From Octopus sinensis (lineage: Eukaryota): a stretch of DNA of 64,000 nt. Both the position numbers and the translations under genes were made by a program. The notes beneath the pieces are model-generated. The model ran no database searches, was not told the DNA's origin, and was given only the letters and a program-made list of their open reading frames with translations. The stretch is from the NCBI RefSeq assembly GCF_006345805.1, contig NC_043013.1, positions 30,752,001 through 30,816,000 on the forward strand, in the 5' to 3' direction. Of the stretch, positions 27,817 through 40,689 are shown in pieces; within the stretch, counting starts at the first letter, position 1; every line of letters begins with the position of its first letter.

Positions 27817-28299
27817 CTAAATCTTGCAATATATGGAGAGTATAAGCAGGCGAATTATCGCGGTGATTTTTCCAATTGTTCGAGAACAAATATCCGTCTG
27901 CTTCAGAGAAACACCTTCAAGATGGTGACATATAACATCAAGATAGTTTTTCTTACTGATATGATTTATCCTGTGGTGCGTAATCATGACGTACAACATC
28001 TTCAAATTGCTGCGAACCTGCCGTGCTTTTTGGGCGTAGGTAATTATAGATGCTACCCCTGGAAGAACTGGAAAGTGCTGGAAAATATAAACCCGTGTCC
28101 CTTCAACAGAGGTGATGGTCAGCTTGAAGTCTGGTTTGTAGTGTGCACACTCCGGCAAGTCCTTAGGGATTTCTGTGCGGAGTTTCATCTCTCGCTCCGC
28201 AGCGACCTTGTTTGAGACTTTCGCCGACAATCTATATTTTGTATTCCGGTGGCCATGTGTAAAGACGTTGAAACACGCCTTGCTCTGTGGTTTGTTCAT
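27817..28299 (-). pseudogene. Unidentified 160-aa ORF in a GC-richer island; same frame extends upstream to ~28518 with three stops
   Basis: Non-repetitive, protein-like ORF (HYKPDFKLTITSVEGTRVYIFQHFPVL). The upstream in-frame segment MFCVLGRKVWRRYAALDDGSYAFCVYPWCELNRFSF* suggests a decayed longer gene. Product unknown. Confidence 0.55.
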
Positions 28300-28699
28300 G
28301 GCCTCACCACTAAAAACCTGCTGAATATTCTGGATGGCTTAAGCTTGAGTATCGGCGAGCTTCTTGGTAAATTTGATGCAATATTACCGTCTCTTCGATG
28401 CGTTCGGTCAAAATGAAAATCGGTTGAGTTCGCACCACGGGTATACACAGAAAGCATACGAGCCGTCATCTAACGCGGCGTACCGGCGCCAAACTTTTCG
28501 ACCAAGCACACAAAACATGGCATCACATTCCAATCAATGGATTGTGTTCAGGCGGCAAAATTTGTGGCGGGAAAAAATAAAGTTTTATACTTTCTGAAAG
28601 CACCACGAAAATGTTTCATACATAAGAAAGCAAAGAGAAGAAAACAAAAGAGAAAAATTGAGAAAGAGATATATTTAGTGACTCTGTAGAAGCGTTGTG

Positions 28700-29025
28700 G
28701 TGAGGGCGCGTGGCTTAGTGGCTAGGGCATTCGGCTCATGATCGTAAGGTTGTGAGTTCGATTCCCGGCGACGCGTTGTGTCCTTGAGCAAGACACTTTA
28801 TTTCACGTTGCTCCAGTCCACTCAGCTGGCAAAAATGAGTTGTACTTGTATTTCAAAGGGTCAGCCTTGTCACTCTCTGTGTCACGCTGATTATCCCCGA
28901 GAACTACGTTAAGGGTACACGTGTCTGTGGAATGCTCAGCCATTTGCACGTTAATTTCACGAGCAAGCTGTTCCGTTGATCGTATCAGCTGGGACCCTCG
29001 TCGTCGTAACCGGCGGAGTCTTTAA
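28700..29025 (+). mobile_element. SINE family C with a 12-bp target-site duplication
   Basis: tRNA-like head GGCGCGTGGCTTAGTGG...GAGTTCGATTCCC and GTGTCCTTGAGCAAGACACTT. AGAAGCGTTGTG occurs at 28688-28699 and 29026-29037. Confidence 0.92.
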
Positions 29026-29279
29026 AGAAGCGTTGTGAATATCGCGACTGGAAGAATAGATTTTTGAGTAATTTTACTGAATACCATTAATAGAAGCTAT
29101 TGTTAACCACCAGTAATAAATGAATAATACATTCCTATATATGTATTTGATGTTCACTTTTATAAAACAATCAAAATATAATATGAATTTTATATATTTT
29201 ATTACTCGTCAAGAGACCGTGTTGCTAATTTCATTAATTAATGTCTAGAAAAATGTTTGCATGCATACACATTATAAAT

Positions 29280-29360
29280 GTCTGTGTGTGTTTGTGTATA
29301 TGTGTGCACGCATGTGTTTGTGCGCCAGTGCATGTATGTGTATATACATGTATATATGTA

Positions 29361-29401
<41 letters not shown>

Positions 29402-29456
29402 TACATATATGGGTGTATATATATGTATACACACACACATATATACACACACACAC

Positions 29457-29493
<37 letters not shown>

Positions 29494-29580
29494 CATATAT
29501 GGGTGTATATATATGTATACACACACATATATACACACACATATATACACACACATATATATATATTATATATATATAAT

Positions 29581-29653
<73 letters not shown>

Positions 29654-29670
29654 GTATGTATATATATGTA
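29280..29670. repeat. Compound (AT)/(AC) microsatellite with an internal ~100-bp duplication
   Basis: TACATATATGGGTGTATATATATGTATACACACAC occurs at ~29402 and ~29492. Confidence 0.9.
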
Positions 29671-29694
29671 TGTATTTAATTATATTTATTTTCT

Positions 29695-30130
29695 GCAAAG
29701 TCGCCGTCAGTGCTACATATTCTGCATGATGGGGAAAAGTTTCCATGAGCCTTGCCCAAAAGATGTTGGCATCCCCATTAAGATACACCCTAGGCTTGGG
29801 CCCTGTGCTATCCACCCAGAACATAAATCACATTTGCATCTCATAGCAACAACACGGCAGAATTATATCAGCTCAGTTGTCCCCGCTCTCTTTAATATTA
29901 CAGCAAAACGCATTCAAGCAAAAACAGGCCACACGAAGTTCAAGACGTCTTTCGACAAATTTCGTCAAGAATTCCAGATTAAACCTCCTACACCCGGATA
30001 TTTTTCCGTAAACAATAACTCTCCTACTTGTGTGGGCGATGTTGCACGAACCCTGAGTTGAATGACTTCGCCAGGCGGTGCTATTAAGTTAAACATGGCC
30101 TGAGACAATACTGACCGAAACCTATCAAAG
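29695..30130 (+). mobile_element. CR1/L2-group LINE 3' end
   Basis: HPRLGP...[11 protein letters not shown]...FKTSFDKF...PPTPGY...NNNS, the usual post-RT C-terminus of CR1-like elements. Confidence 0.8.
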
Positions 30131-30247
30131 TATATATATATTTTGCTGATATATTTTTCCATTCTTAACGAAGATTGTCCGACGAACGGGAAAGTGAAAC
30201 ACTGAGGAACAACTTTTGTGATGTCTTTGCAGTTATGTTAGTGAAGT

Positions 30248-30335
<88 letters not shown>

Positions 30336-30579
30336 ATATAATTTATTTATATATATGCGTGTGTGTGTTTTGTGTGTCTGTGTGTAATCGCATATATATA
30401 TATATATTAGAAAAAACACCTTTTATCAATTCAATAATGAAAAAATTAAATTATACCAAGTAGAAAAATGACATCTTATACAAAGATTAAGTATAAGCTT
30501 AGATATATACCAATGTTTAAGTAATGTGCAAGATAAGTTTGGAATAATATTCCGTCGTATTATTTTTTATATATATATA

Positions 30580-30748
30580 GGCGCAGGAGTGGCTGTGTGG
30601 TAAGTAGCTTGCTAACCAACCACATGGTTCCGGGTTCAGTCCCACTGCGTGGCATCTTAGGCAAGTGTCTTCTGCTATAGCCCCGGGCCGACCAATGCCT
30701 TGTGAGTGGATTTGGTAGACGGAAACTGAAAGAAGCCTGTCGTATATA

Positions 30749-30779
<31 letters not shown>

Positions 30780-31004
30780 GTGTATATGTGTTTGTCTGTC
30801 TGTGTTTGTCCCTCTAGCATTGCTTGACAACCGATGCTGGTGTGTTTACGTCCCCGTCACTTAGCGGTTCGGAAAAAAGAGACCGATAGAATAAGTACTG
30901 GGCTTACAAAGAATAAGTCCCGGGGTCGATTTGCTCGACTAAAGGCGGTGCTCCAGCATGGCCGCAGTCAAATGACTGAAACAAGTAAAAGAGTTTTAAA
31001 AGAG
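30580..31004 (+). mobile_element. SINE family B, near full length
   Basis: Head GGCGCAGGAGTGGCTGTGTGGTAAG, GGTTCAGTCCC B-box, CORE-like TCTTAGGCAAGTGTCTTC, 3' GCATGGCCGCAGTCAAATGACTGAAACAAGTAAAAGAG. Confidence 0.9.
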
Positions 31005-31039
<35 letters not shown>

Positions 31040-31042
<3 letters not shown>

Positions 31043-31190
31043 GAGAGAATTCACAAAAAAAAAGACAAAGACAGATGGTGTAGACAACAAACATCTGTAT
31101 TAGTTTAACGCTCAGGAAGTGAAAATATATTTAACGTTTCGAGCCTTCCACTAAAAAGAACACTGAAAGAAACAAGTTGAGAAAATAAAC
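31040..31190 (-). mobile_element. Short interspersed repeat, family D
   Basis: Homologous to 2125-2275. Confidence 0.7.
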
Positions 31191-33023
31191 AATGCGCTGC
31201 AGCGTTGCCCGGTCGTCGATAACAATAGCGACTAACTAGTATTGTACTAAATATCTGTGATAAATAAAAAATGATCTTAAATTCTACCAATCAGTGAACA
31301 TGATGTGCATCCCAAACAATGAAGAGACACGCAATGTGGGTGACTCATGTGTATATATGGCCTTAATTAGATCTCGCATAGATGCACGGTGGTTTTGTCG
31401 TCACTGAGGTTATCAAGTAGGACAATTGTTTTTTGCATGGCACCACCGCTTTACATTACACGTTCAATCAATGTGAAAAATAGGATGATTGTGTATGTGT
31501 GTTTGTGTATGAAGATCTAATGTGCAATGTCTTTGTATTGATTGTCCTCTTTATCACTTCCACTTCTAGCTTTCCCTCCGGAAATGTTTCTGCTGAAGTG
31601 GAGAGTTGGACAGGGCTGCTCCTCTTTTTGTTTTCTACCGCAAATGTTACTCATCTGCTCTCTAAGATAAATATTTCTACAGTCTCTGAAAATATTCACA
31701 TCTACAACTCGCAGATGCGTGATTTTGTTAGGCATGGTATTGAAATATTGTGGACGTTTACAACCTAATCGGTTACATAATTGGGTCCTTAATTTATATG
31801 GTGAGGAAGGGATCTCTGCTACTACGTAGTGGTATCTAGTTCGTTTGTTGAAATGGCTGTCACTTCGAAACTTTGGAGGTAGACATTCTAATATCTAATA
31901 AACACATGCAAGAATACACAAATACACACATACTCACAAACACACACACAAATACATTGTACACACACGCACATATCTATATACATTTGTCTATCTTTCA
32001 CGTCTTCTCTCATGAGAGTAGAGCCTCAGCTTTTCGAGCTGCCCCTAGTGGCTTATCTGAGAAAATTTTCTTTATGTTGATTTGGAAGCATTAATCAAGG
32101 CCATTGTGGACAAATACCTTCCTAGTAGTAGCATGGAATCCCTTTCTCTTCTGAATATTCTCATAACCCTCCCAGCTCCTCGCCTACTCTGACTAGCGAA
32201 CTTAATAATACATACCTAGAAAGTTACATCATTACTCATGTGGAATCAAAAGTCACCCACCGACTCTGAATCTGGGATTGCACCAAACCCTATTCCGACT
32301 GTATTTTGACTGTGATTTCGGGTCAAATTGTTTCTCAGCATGCAGCGGCATTAAATATATATATATATATATGTGTGTATGTGTGTGTGTGTGTGTGTAT
32401 GTGTGTATATATTTATGTATATATATATATGCATGTATATATATATATATATATAAATATGTATATATGTATATGTATCTAAACGTTTGTGTGTGTGTGC
32501 GTGTGCGCAAATATAAGTATTCATGTACGTTTATAAATCCAAACATCTTATTCGTGGTGTAGCTTTGACATCCCACGGTAGAGAACAAAATTATTAAAAT
32601 TACATCAACAGCAATTAAACTTGTAACTGTAGACACACTTTAATACTTATTTTAAAATACCATTTCCATTATATTACTATGTATATAATTTTAATATATA
32701 TGTACCTTCCTCAAAAGAACACTCGAAACTATAGATATTGCGTGGAGCTGTATAAAAAATGGCTACCTACTCGATATAACACATCATATCGCACAATCAA
32801 CTTTCTTTCAATAATTAGGTTCTGCAATTAAGCTGAACATGTCATATCTTGATCTTCGAAAAATAGATGTGGTAGTTTTTTTCGTATCGTTCTTTTTCTT
32901 TTTGCAACATACAAAATTGGGTTTCATCGCAAGTACTACGATATAGATAAGAATCTGTAATTGAAAAAAAATAAATGAATAACATCTCCGCAACACAAAT
33001 ATCTGATACATACTTACACAGAA

Positions 33024-33072
<49 letters not shown>

Positions 33073-36000
33073 GTATGTATATATTCACTAATATAAATAA
33101 TATTGTTAACCCTGTGTGCCTACAGCAGATTGATAATCCCTCAATATTCACTATATGTACGTATGTACACACACACACACACACACACACACACCACACA
33201 TATATATATATATTATATATATATATGTATATATGTATATTATATATATATATATATGTATGTATGTATATATGCATATATATATATCTATATATCTATC
33301 TATACATATATATATACATATAGTTATAGGAACTTATGTTATACGTAGTTATACAAGGTCGTGGAAAAACACATTAGATTTAGGAATATACATACACCTC
33401 TGATTCGTAATTATATATCGGACGTGCGCGCTAAAAATTATGAATTTTACAAATTTATTATGACAGCGGAAAACAATTTCTTCACTTCTGTATTGTTATT
33501 GTCGTTTATGTATATAGTTCTCGTTCAAACAGCTTAATAGAAAAATTTATATTACATCCTAGTTTTGTGTACTTTTCGATTTTTGCTGGGTGGCATTTTG
33601 ATTAAATCGAAGTCATATGTACCCAATATACTTTTATTTTCATTTTATTGGCGACGAAATGAAAGCTATGTATACAGAAAAATCATCATAAACATATTTG
33701 GCAGTATGACAGTCTTTATTCTCTCTATAAGTCTTTATTCTCTGCATTAACCATTGTAGCACCATGTTACCGATATTTCTAGTTTGCACATATTTTAGGC
33801 CTCAGTATCAAATTTACAAAGAGTAGCCAGTATTTGGAAGAATAGAGGTGTTTAATTGCTGAAAAGTAAGTTGTGGGTCCATATTCCCCTGTTGTCGGAT
33901 TTGGTATGCATGATATTTATATTAACCATTTTATAACTTATGGCACCTTAAATGTTAAACCGCCCAAGTTCTGTAGATTGTTCTTATTTACACCTACATT
34001 TATACTTGCAACTCGCGATATTTATTTTCATGTTGAAGGTTCATATTGTTTACTAGGTATATTCGGTGTATAACATTTGCATGCTTAATATTTTTGAGTA
34101 ACTTGCATTCATCTAGATCTTTCAGCTGTTTCTCGATATATTCCAGGATGAAATTAAGTAGGAGATTGCAAGGAACATTGTCGTAGACAGCGCATAGTTC
34201 AAATCTATCCATCAAGAGTCACTTCTAAAGCAACAACATAACCAACACATTTGAAACTAAGTCTGGGATTCGTATTACTATATGATCCATATATTTTTAA
34301 AACTCTAATGTTCTTAGTATGGATTCTATAAGTTCTAAAGTATTAAAAACAAGTGTCAATATGATAATCATAATAATTTTCATAACATAACGACAAAAAG
34401 TCCGGAAAATGATTTTTTACAAATTTGATATCACATTTATGAAACCATAGTTTTCCACTTTCAACACTTAAATAACTATTTTAAAAAAGATATATACTGG
34501 GAGGAATAGCACAGAATACAGTGTTATGCAATTTATGCAGTGCGGGTGGAAAAAATATCACAAAGGACTTATTTTGTAAGCACCAATTTACTGTTATATT
34601 CATTACCATACCAGTTTTGTAAATACAGCGCTGTGGAAAGAATGTATATTTTCAATGTGATGTAATTTATAGTAGACGGATATTCCAATTAAAAAAAACC
34701 GCAAAGCAAGTTTATATGAAGATTAGTTTCTCTACATATATAACTACCTTTAAATGCAGAGAAACCAATCACGTGCTTTCATTTAATACCCGCCTATAAC
34801 CAACGGCACTAATTATAACCACAAATATGAGGCAGTAGATACATGCAGATGCTTCTAACTACAAGGGACAATGCCTTTACCTGATCAAAAGCATGCATCG
34901 TGCATTTATGTTTGGGAATATTTCATTTACTCACATATTTCTTAATTATCTTATCTCCGCTTCTCATTCTCTTTTGCAAGCGATATCTCACACCCTTTTA
35001 CCATCATTATTATATTCGTCTCCCTTCTCTTGATATGTTAGCTCGCTTTAATCCCGCAAAACATTAATTTGTACTGAAACTGCTTTTCGCATAAGGTGTA
35101 TTTTTTTGTCATATTTATGTAGGTTTTGCCATATTCAGCAACATTATCGCTTGAAGCAGCCACGAAGTGTTAATTGTGTTAATGATATTTGAAACACTTA
35201 TAAATATATTTTTTCAAAATATAATTCTTGTGATATGTTCAAACACAAAGAAAATAGTTTGTGAATACGAGTTTATTCCTGTTTCAATGCAATCAGAAAA
35301 TCTCTTCAATTTCATTGGCTTTATGTATTTAGGCATTAAATACACATTAATGTCTTTTACTGTTAATTAATTAAAACTTATCTCACCATATGTATCAGAT
35401 ATTCTATAAAGTTGTAAAGAGTATTGCTCTTGTTTTACAAAAGTAATTCTTGCTATCATATGTAGTGGTTCGGCATAAAACCAGATAGAATACGTACCAG
35501 ATTTTTTTAAAATGTACTAAGGTCGATTCGGTCAAGTATGTCCGACGTCTAATTACTGAAACGAGCAAAAGGTATAAGATAAGCTTTTTTATTCCGATTT
35601 CAGTTATAATCTACTTAGAAAATTACTTCATATTTTGGGTTTTTCCCAAAATCTCAGTTTGGGTGAGGAAAGGTATTCGTCTATGTGTGACAGAAATGAG
35701 CTTGTATCAAACATATATGAAACTAATAATATATATAACATATATGAAACTAGGAACAACATATATGAAACTAATCACTGTTCGATATTCAATATAACAT
35801 TTGATGTTTTGTCTAGATCTCGTTTTATAGAATATATAGTTCTATGAGAGCAGTGGACTACTCTCCAGGTTCCTTGTTTTGGTGGTTCCACGCTATCGGT
35901 GGTTCCCTTATGAAGTTACTGAATATATACTATACTATACTTTTGAAGTAGACAAAAAAGTACTGACTCTAGAGCTCCTGGATAGATCTGCAGTTCTGTT

Positions 36001-36246
36001 CCCTTTCCGTGTGCTAGGGTTGAGTGATTGACTTCTACATGTTGTACATTTTTTTATATACGGGACGTACATCAAGGCTGAAAACATACATGTCTTTTAC
36101 AGATATAGTTTGTCAGTGGTTATGTAACATTTCTTTTAGCTGTTAGAATCCCTCCAGATATGTTTTCGGTGGGTGTGAGGCAGACCTAGAGACGAGAGAC
36201 TGAGCTCAGAGGGATATTTTAGTCACGAATGATGACAGATATTTAC

Positions 36247-36518
36247 TGAGGAAGCAAAAGTTTTGTGTCGTGGACGGATATCCAAGAACTGTTCCATAAG
36301 AGGCGCGCGTAATGAGTTGCATGTGTCCGGCAGTGTGTCTCCACATGTTGCTGCTCTGCCTTTCCAATCCAATTTCGGTGGAACTGACGCAGTTTCATTT
36401 GGAAAATCCTTTAAAGTAATGCATTCCCGTGTGATACTTGCAATTGTGAACGCAGCATCGTCCTCATTCTTGTTTTCTAATGATTTAGTGATATAATCTT
36501 TTGTATTAGATAAGGACG
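36247..36518 (-). CDS. Candidate exon, 90 codons (SLSNTKDYITKSLENKNEDDAAFTIASITRECITLKDFPNETASVPPKLDWKGRAATCGDTLPDTCNSLRAPLMEQFLDIRPRHKTFASS)
   Basis: Frame open from 36516 to TGA at 36223 (98 codons), with an in-frame stop just before the acceptor TTGGTTTATAAG. Possible donor TCA|GTAAAT. Higher GC than the flanks; absent from the ORF track on this strand for lack of an early start codon. Confidence 0.55.
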
Positions 36519-37297
36519 CTTATAAACCAATGTTGTTTGCAAATTAACTTAAAATGCAGAGACAAATGCATAAGATACACCAAAGCAAACTTACTCATCA
36601 GAGGCGTACAAAATTTGTAGTTAGCCAAATACACTTAAGGCGGATCTCAGTGCTATATAATCATTACAGACTGTTACTTTATAGCTAAAGATTTATATGT
36701 GTAGATGGGAAGCGGATTTATATACGTCAATATGTACACAGAGCATGAAAAAAATCTTTATTGATTACCTGCTTTGATCCAGAGTGTGGGTGAATTATTT
36801 TAGCGGTAAATGTTAAAAGGTTACAAGATAGTCTTTGTGTATGATAACGAAATTTGTGAAAAAAATAAATCTAAAGAGAAAATTTGATGGTGATCATTAG
36901 TGAATTAAATACACTCAGTAACATTAACATTTTATGTGATATTAGCACGATAGCGTTCTAGATTAGATAAATATATGAAATGGGTCTAATATAATGTTAT
37001 TTAAATGAAATTCTGGTAGAAGTTAACACTGCAGCTGGCTCGAGCAGATAAAAGCAAATTGTGTACCTCATTAAGAACAGTGCATACGCTGGCCTATACT
37101 CACTATAATCTACAAGCCTTTTACTACTAGCAGCGCGCCATTATGTAATTAAAATATCTATTATCTTTCGACGAAACAACTAATCAGAAATTAGGGATAT
37201 TTCCCCACAAATTTTAATGATGGATATTGTCGATACTCAATTTTAAAATAATATGCTAGGGTTTTATAAAACAGTTCTATCTAATACATCATATGGC

Positions 37298-37358
37298 GTA
37301 GTGGTTAAAAGCGCGGGCTACTAACCCCAAGATTCTGAGTTCGATTCCAGGCAGTGAA

Positions 37359-37396
<38 letters not shown>

Positions 37397-37432
37397 TGAT
37401 GATAATAGTAATAATAATAATAAACATCGAAA
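37298..37432 (+). mobile_element. tRNA-like SINE head plus (AAT)n, cut off by the Dong insertion
   Basis: A-box GGCGTAGTGGTTAA, B-box GAGTTCGATTCC, (AAT)n, then AACATCGAAAA, resembling GAGTTCGATT...(AAT)n AACGTTGAAAA at 47.84-47.93 kb. Confidence 0.65.
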
Positions 37433-39437
37433 AGACAATACCGTAGACAACTACAGACCGATATCCTATTTGCCACTTATGTGGAAGTTTTTGACTGGAA
37501 TACTCGCCGAATCAAGGTACGAACATCTAGAAAAAATGGAAACATGCGACATGAGTAGAAAGGTTGCAAGCGTAAGTGCATAGTGACAAAGAATCAACTC
37601 CTGATAGATTAAATGTACTCAGAGACTGCAAGAGGAAGACAATTAACTTAGCCAAGTTGTCATGGGTCAATTATCGTAAGGCGTACGATATGATCCCACA
37701 TTCTTGGATTATGGAGTGCATGAACTTGTTTGGGATTGCATCGAATGTTGAGCGATTGCTTGGAAAAAATATGGCGAATTGGAGGACGGATCTAACAGCA
37801 GACGGAATAAGTTTAGGGACAGTAGAAATGGAGGAGCATCATCCAAGGGGACTGCCAGTCCCCATAGATCTATGTACTGTGCTTGATACCACTGACACTG
37901 ATACTGAGGAAAGAAAATCCGCCAACCAAAAGCCAACCATTTGTTATTCATGGATGACCTCAAACTTTATGGTAAAGATGAAACCCAAGTCAATTCCCTC
38001 GTTGATACGGTGTATAACTTCAGTGCAGATATCAGAATGGAGTTCGGACTGAGAATGTATGGTGGATTAGTATTGAAGAGAGACAAAATCAAATGAATGG
38101 ACAGACTAACGATACCGTCGGGGGGTTATGAAGCAGATAGAAGAGACGAGCTATAAGTACTTGGGGATTTGGGAAATGGATAAATTGATGGAGAAAGAAA
38201 CGAAATTAAAAATTTAAGGTGGAGTACTTGCGCAGACTAAGACTGATCCTGAAGTCGAAATTAAACGGACGGAATATGATCGAAGCTATCAACATCTGGG
38301 AGGATTCACTCCTTAAATATGGCGCAGGGGTAATCGCATGGACAGTAGATGAATTAAACAGTTTAGACAAAAGGTGCTAACTAGACATGGGTCAGTCCAC
38401 TCAAAAAGTGATAAAGACAGACTGTACGTACCAAGAAAAAGAGGGGGGAAAAGGGCTTATTGGATGCGAATACGGCATTAGAGCAGAAGGAAAAACATAG
38501 CATGGTATGTAAAAAATGCCACAGAACCGCTATTATTAGAAGTAAGAAGATCAGGCTTGTGTAGGATGAAAGATTGCACTATACAAGGAATTGAAAACGA
38601 ATGAAACTGAAAATAGGTGAGTAAAGAAAGGAATGCATGGACCATTTCATAGATATGTTAAGGATAAGACAGACGGGGTAAAATATGGCTGTGGATGACT
38701 AAAAGTGATTTAAAACCGTAAACGGAGGCTCGAATCTGTGCTGCCCAAGAGCAAGCACTAAGAACAAACTATATAAAATACAGGATAGACAGCACATCAG
38801 AAAGTGATAAGAGCAGAATCTGTGGACAAAACGGTTAAACCGTATATCTTATTGCCAGAAAATCTATGGCTACTATTCCAAAAGGAATATAAGAGACGTC
38901 ATGACGTTATTGCCAGGCTTGTCCATTGGACACTTTGCAACAAATATGAACTAGACAGAGCAAAAAATTTGTACGACCACAAACCTGAAGGTATAGTCGA
39001 ATATAGAAATGTAACAAACCTATGGGAGTTTATGATTCAGTGCGACCATGAGATAGAGAATAGGAAGCCATACATAGTTTTAATTGAGAAAGATAACAAA
39101 CCATGCTGGGTCATAGATACAGCGCGCCCAGCTGACAACAAAATGGAATAGGTATGACAGGTTAGCTTGGGAGGTTAAGTAGTTGTGGTTGATGAAAAAG
39201 GTAGCAGTAGTACCAATAATTGTCGGATCCTTGTGAACAGTGAGCAAAAATCTCGAGAGGTACGTGGAACAAATAGGGGCTGCAATAAGAGTGGAGTACT
39301 CGCAGAAAACCGCACTGCTTGAGACCGTCTGAATACTCCGGAAAGTGCTCGAAAAATAAGAGGTTTTACCTTAATTCACTGGTAGGGAACAGCTGACACT
39401 GTAATACATCTCCAGCGTTAGAAGCTGTGCAAAGGCA
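37433..39437 (+). mobile_element. R4/Dong-clade non-LTR retrotransposon, 5'-truncated and decayed (RT plus restriction-like endonuclease)
   Basis: DNYRPIS.LPLMWK, YRKAYDMIPHSWI, YKYLG, EYKRRHD..A..VHW, RKP(Y/D)IV, IDTA.P. Bounded by (AAT)n tracts. Confidence 0.92.
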
Positions 39438-39454
39438 ATAATAATAATGATAAA

Positions 39455-39506
<52 letters not shown>

Positions 39507-39597
39507 TTAATAATAATGATAATAATAATAATAATAGTAATAATAAGGATAATAATATTAATAATAACAATAATAACAATAACAACAGCAACAGCAA
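39437..39597. repeat. (AAT)n/(AAC)n microsatellite at the Dong 3' end
   Basis: Directly visible; source of the poly-Leu ORF 39418-39720. Confidence 0.95.
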
Positions 39598-39634
39598 TGT
39601 GTTTGTGAGTATGTGTGTGTGTGTGTATATATAT

Positions 39635-39790
39635 ATATCTTTCAGTTTCCCTCTACCAAATTCACTCAAGGCTTTGGTCGACCCGAGTCTATAGTAGAAG
39701 ACACTTACCCAAGGAGCCACGAAGCAGGACTGTACCCGGAACCATGTTGTTGGGAAGCAAACTTCTTACCACACACCCACTCCTGTGCCT
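39635..39790 (-). mobile_element. SINE family B, 5' half
   Basis: Reverse complement of the family B head and CORE-like part. Confidence 0.8.
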
Positions 39791-39914
39791 ATGTAAATTC
39801 TAAATCTATTTTTTTTCTATTTTTGTGGAAAAAATAAGAGTGAACATTTTTTGTATGTGTGTTGTTTATTAAGTCTATAAAATTGTCCATAAATTATATG
39901 AAATATTTATAGAT

Positions 39915-40034
39915 ATGGTTCCGGGTTCAGTCCCACTGCGTGGCACCTTGGGTAAGTGTCTTCTACTATAGCCTCGGCCGACCACAGCCTTGTGAGTGGA
40001 TTTGGTAGACGGAAACTGAAAGAAGTCTGTCGTA

Positions 40035-40082
<48 letters not shown>

Positions 40083-40300
40083 TGTGTATGCTTGTGTGTC
40101 TGTGTTTGTCCCCCTAGCGTTGCTTGACAACCGATGCTGGTGTGTTTATGTCCCCGTTACTTAGCGGTTCGGCAAAAGGGACCGATAGAATAAGTACTGG
40201 GCTTACAAAAGAATAAGTCCCGGAGTCGATTTGCTCGATTAAATGCGGTGCTCCAGCATGGCCGCAGTCAAATGACTGAAACAAGTAAAAGAGTAAAGAG
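39915..40300 (+). mobile_element. SINE family B, 5'-truncated
   Basis: High similarity to 30620-31000. Confidence 0.88.
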
Positions 40301-40689
40301 ATAGTGCATTAAGTAATCATTGCATTTGAATTGCCTTCACGTTTCTATGAATAGCAGATGAGCAACTAACTTATGATTCAGACACAACACAGGCTACGCC
40401 TTCAGGTTATCTGGATAAAGTCTTCAGGAATAACGCAATAGGATTTTTTCTATTAATTCCGTGAAATAGTCACGGGTCCCACTAGTTTAAAATTACAACT
40501 CAGAACAAGTGAATTTACGTAACAATGCATTTTGTCAGATGCTCTGGTGATTCTGGTAATCCAATAGCAAAAAGTCCAGATTGTTGTAAATAACGTGTCC
40601 ATTACTTTTGTGTAAGTTGCAGCAGCCATCGTAATTACGCCAAAAAAGTATTCTAGAACATTTGAAGAATACTATATGTTTAATCTGTG

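Noticed and set aside
27772-28215. 147-aa plus-strand ORF in the island
   Set aside because: Codon-aligned antisense shadow of the minus ORF and less protein-like; the coding strand is nonetheless not proven.
28704-28770. tRNA-like sequences (also 37300 and 40692)
   Set aside because: A and B boxes are present, but there is no complete cloverleaf or acceptor stem and they continue into SINE bodies; these are SINE heads, not tRNA genes.
31499-31768. Overlapping ORFs on both strands
   Set aside because: Purine/pyrimidine-skewed, stop-poor sequence leaves several frames partly open; no frame can be chosen.
32015-32070. GCTCGAAAAGCTGAGG on the minus strand, hammerhead-like
   Set aside because: CTGANGA core is absent; too degenerate to support.
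35722-35775. AACATATATGAAACT repeated three times with short spacers (CRISPR-like spacing)
   Set aside because: Units and spacers are far too short, the context is eukaryotic and there are no cas genes; a simple tandem repeat.
39418-39720. 100-aa poly-Leu ORF resembling a signal peptide or TM protein
   Set aside because: Antisense translation of the (AAT)n tract plus SINE sequence.
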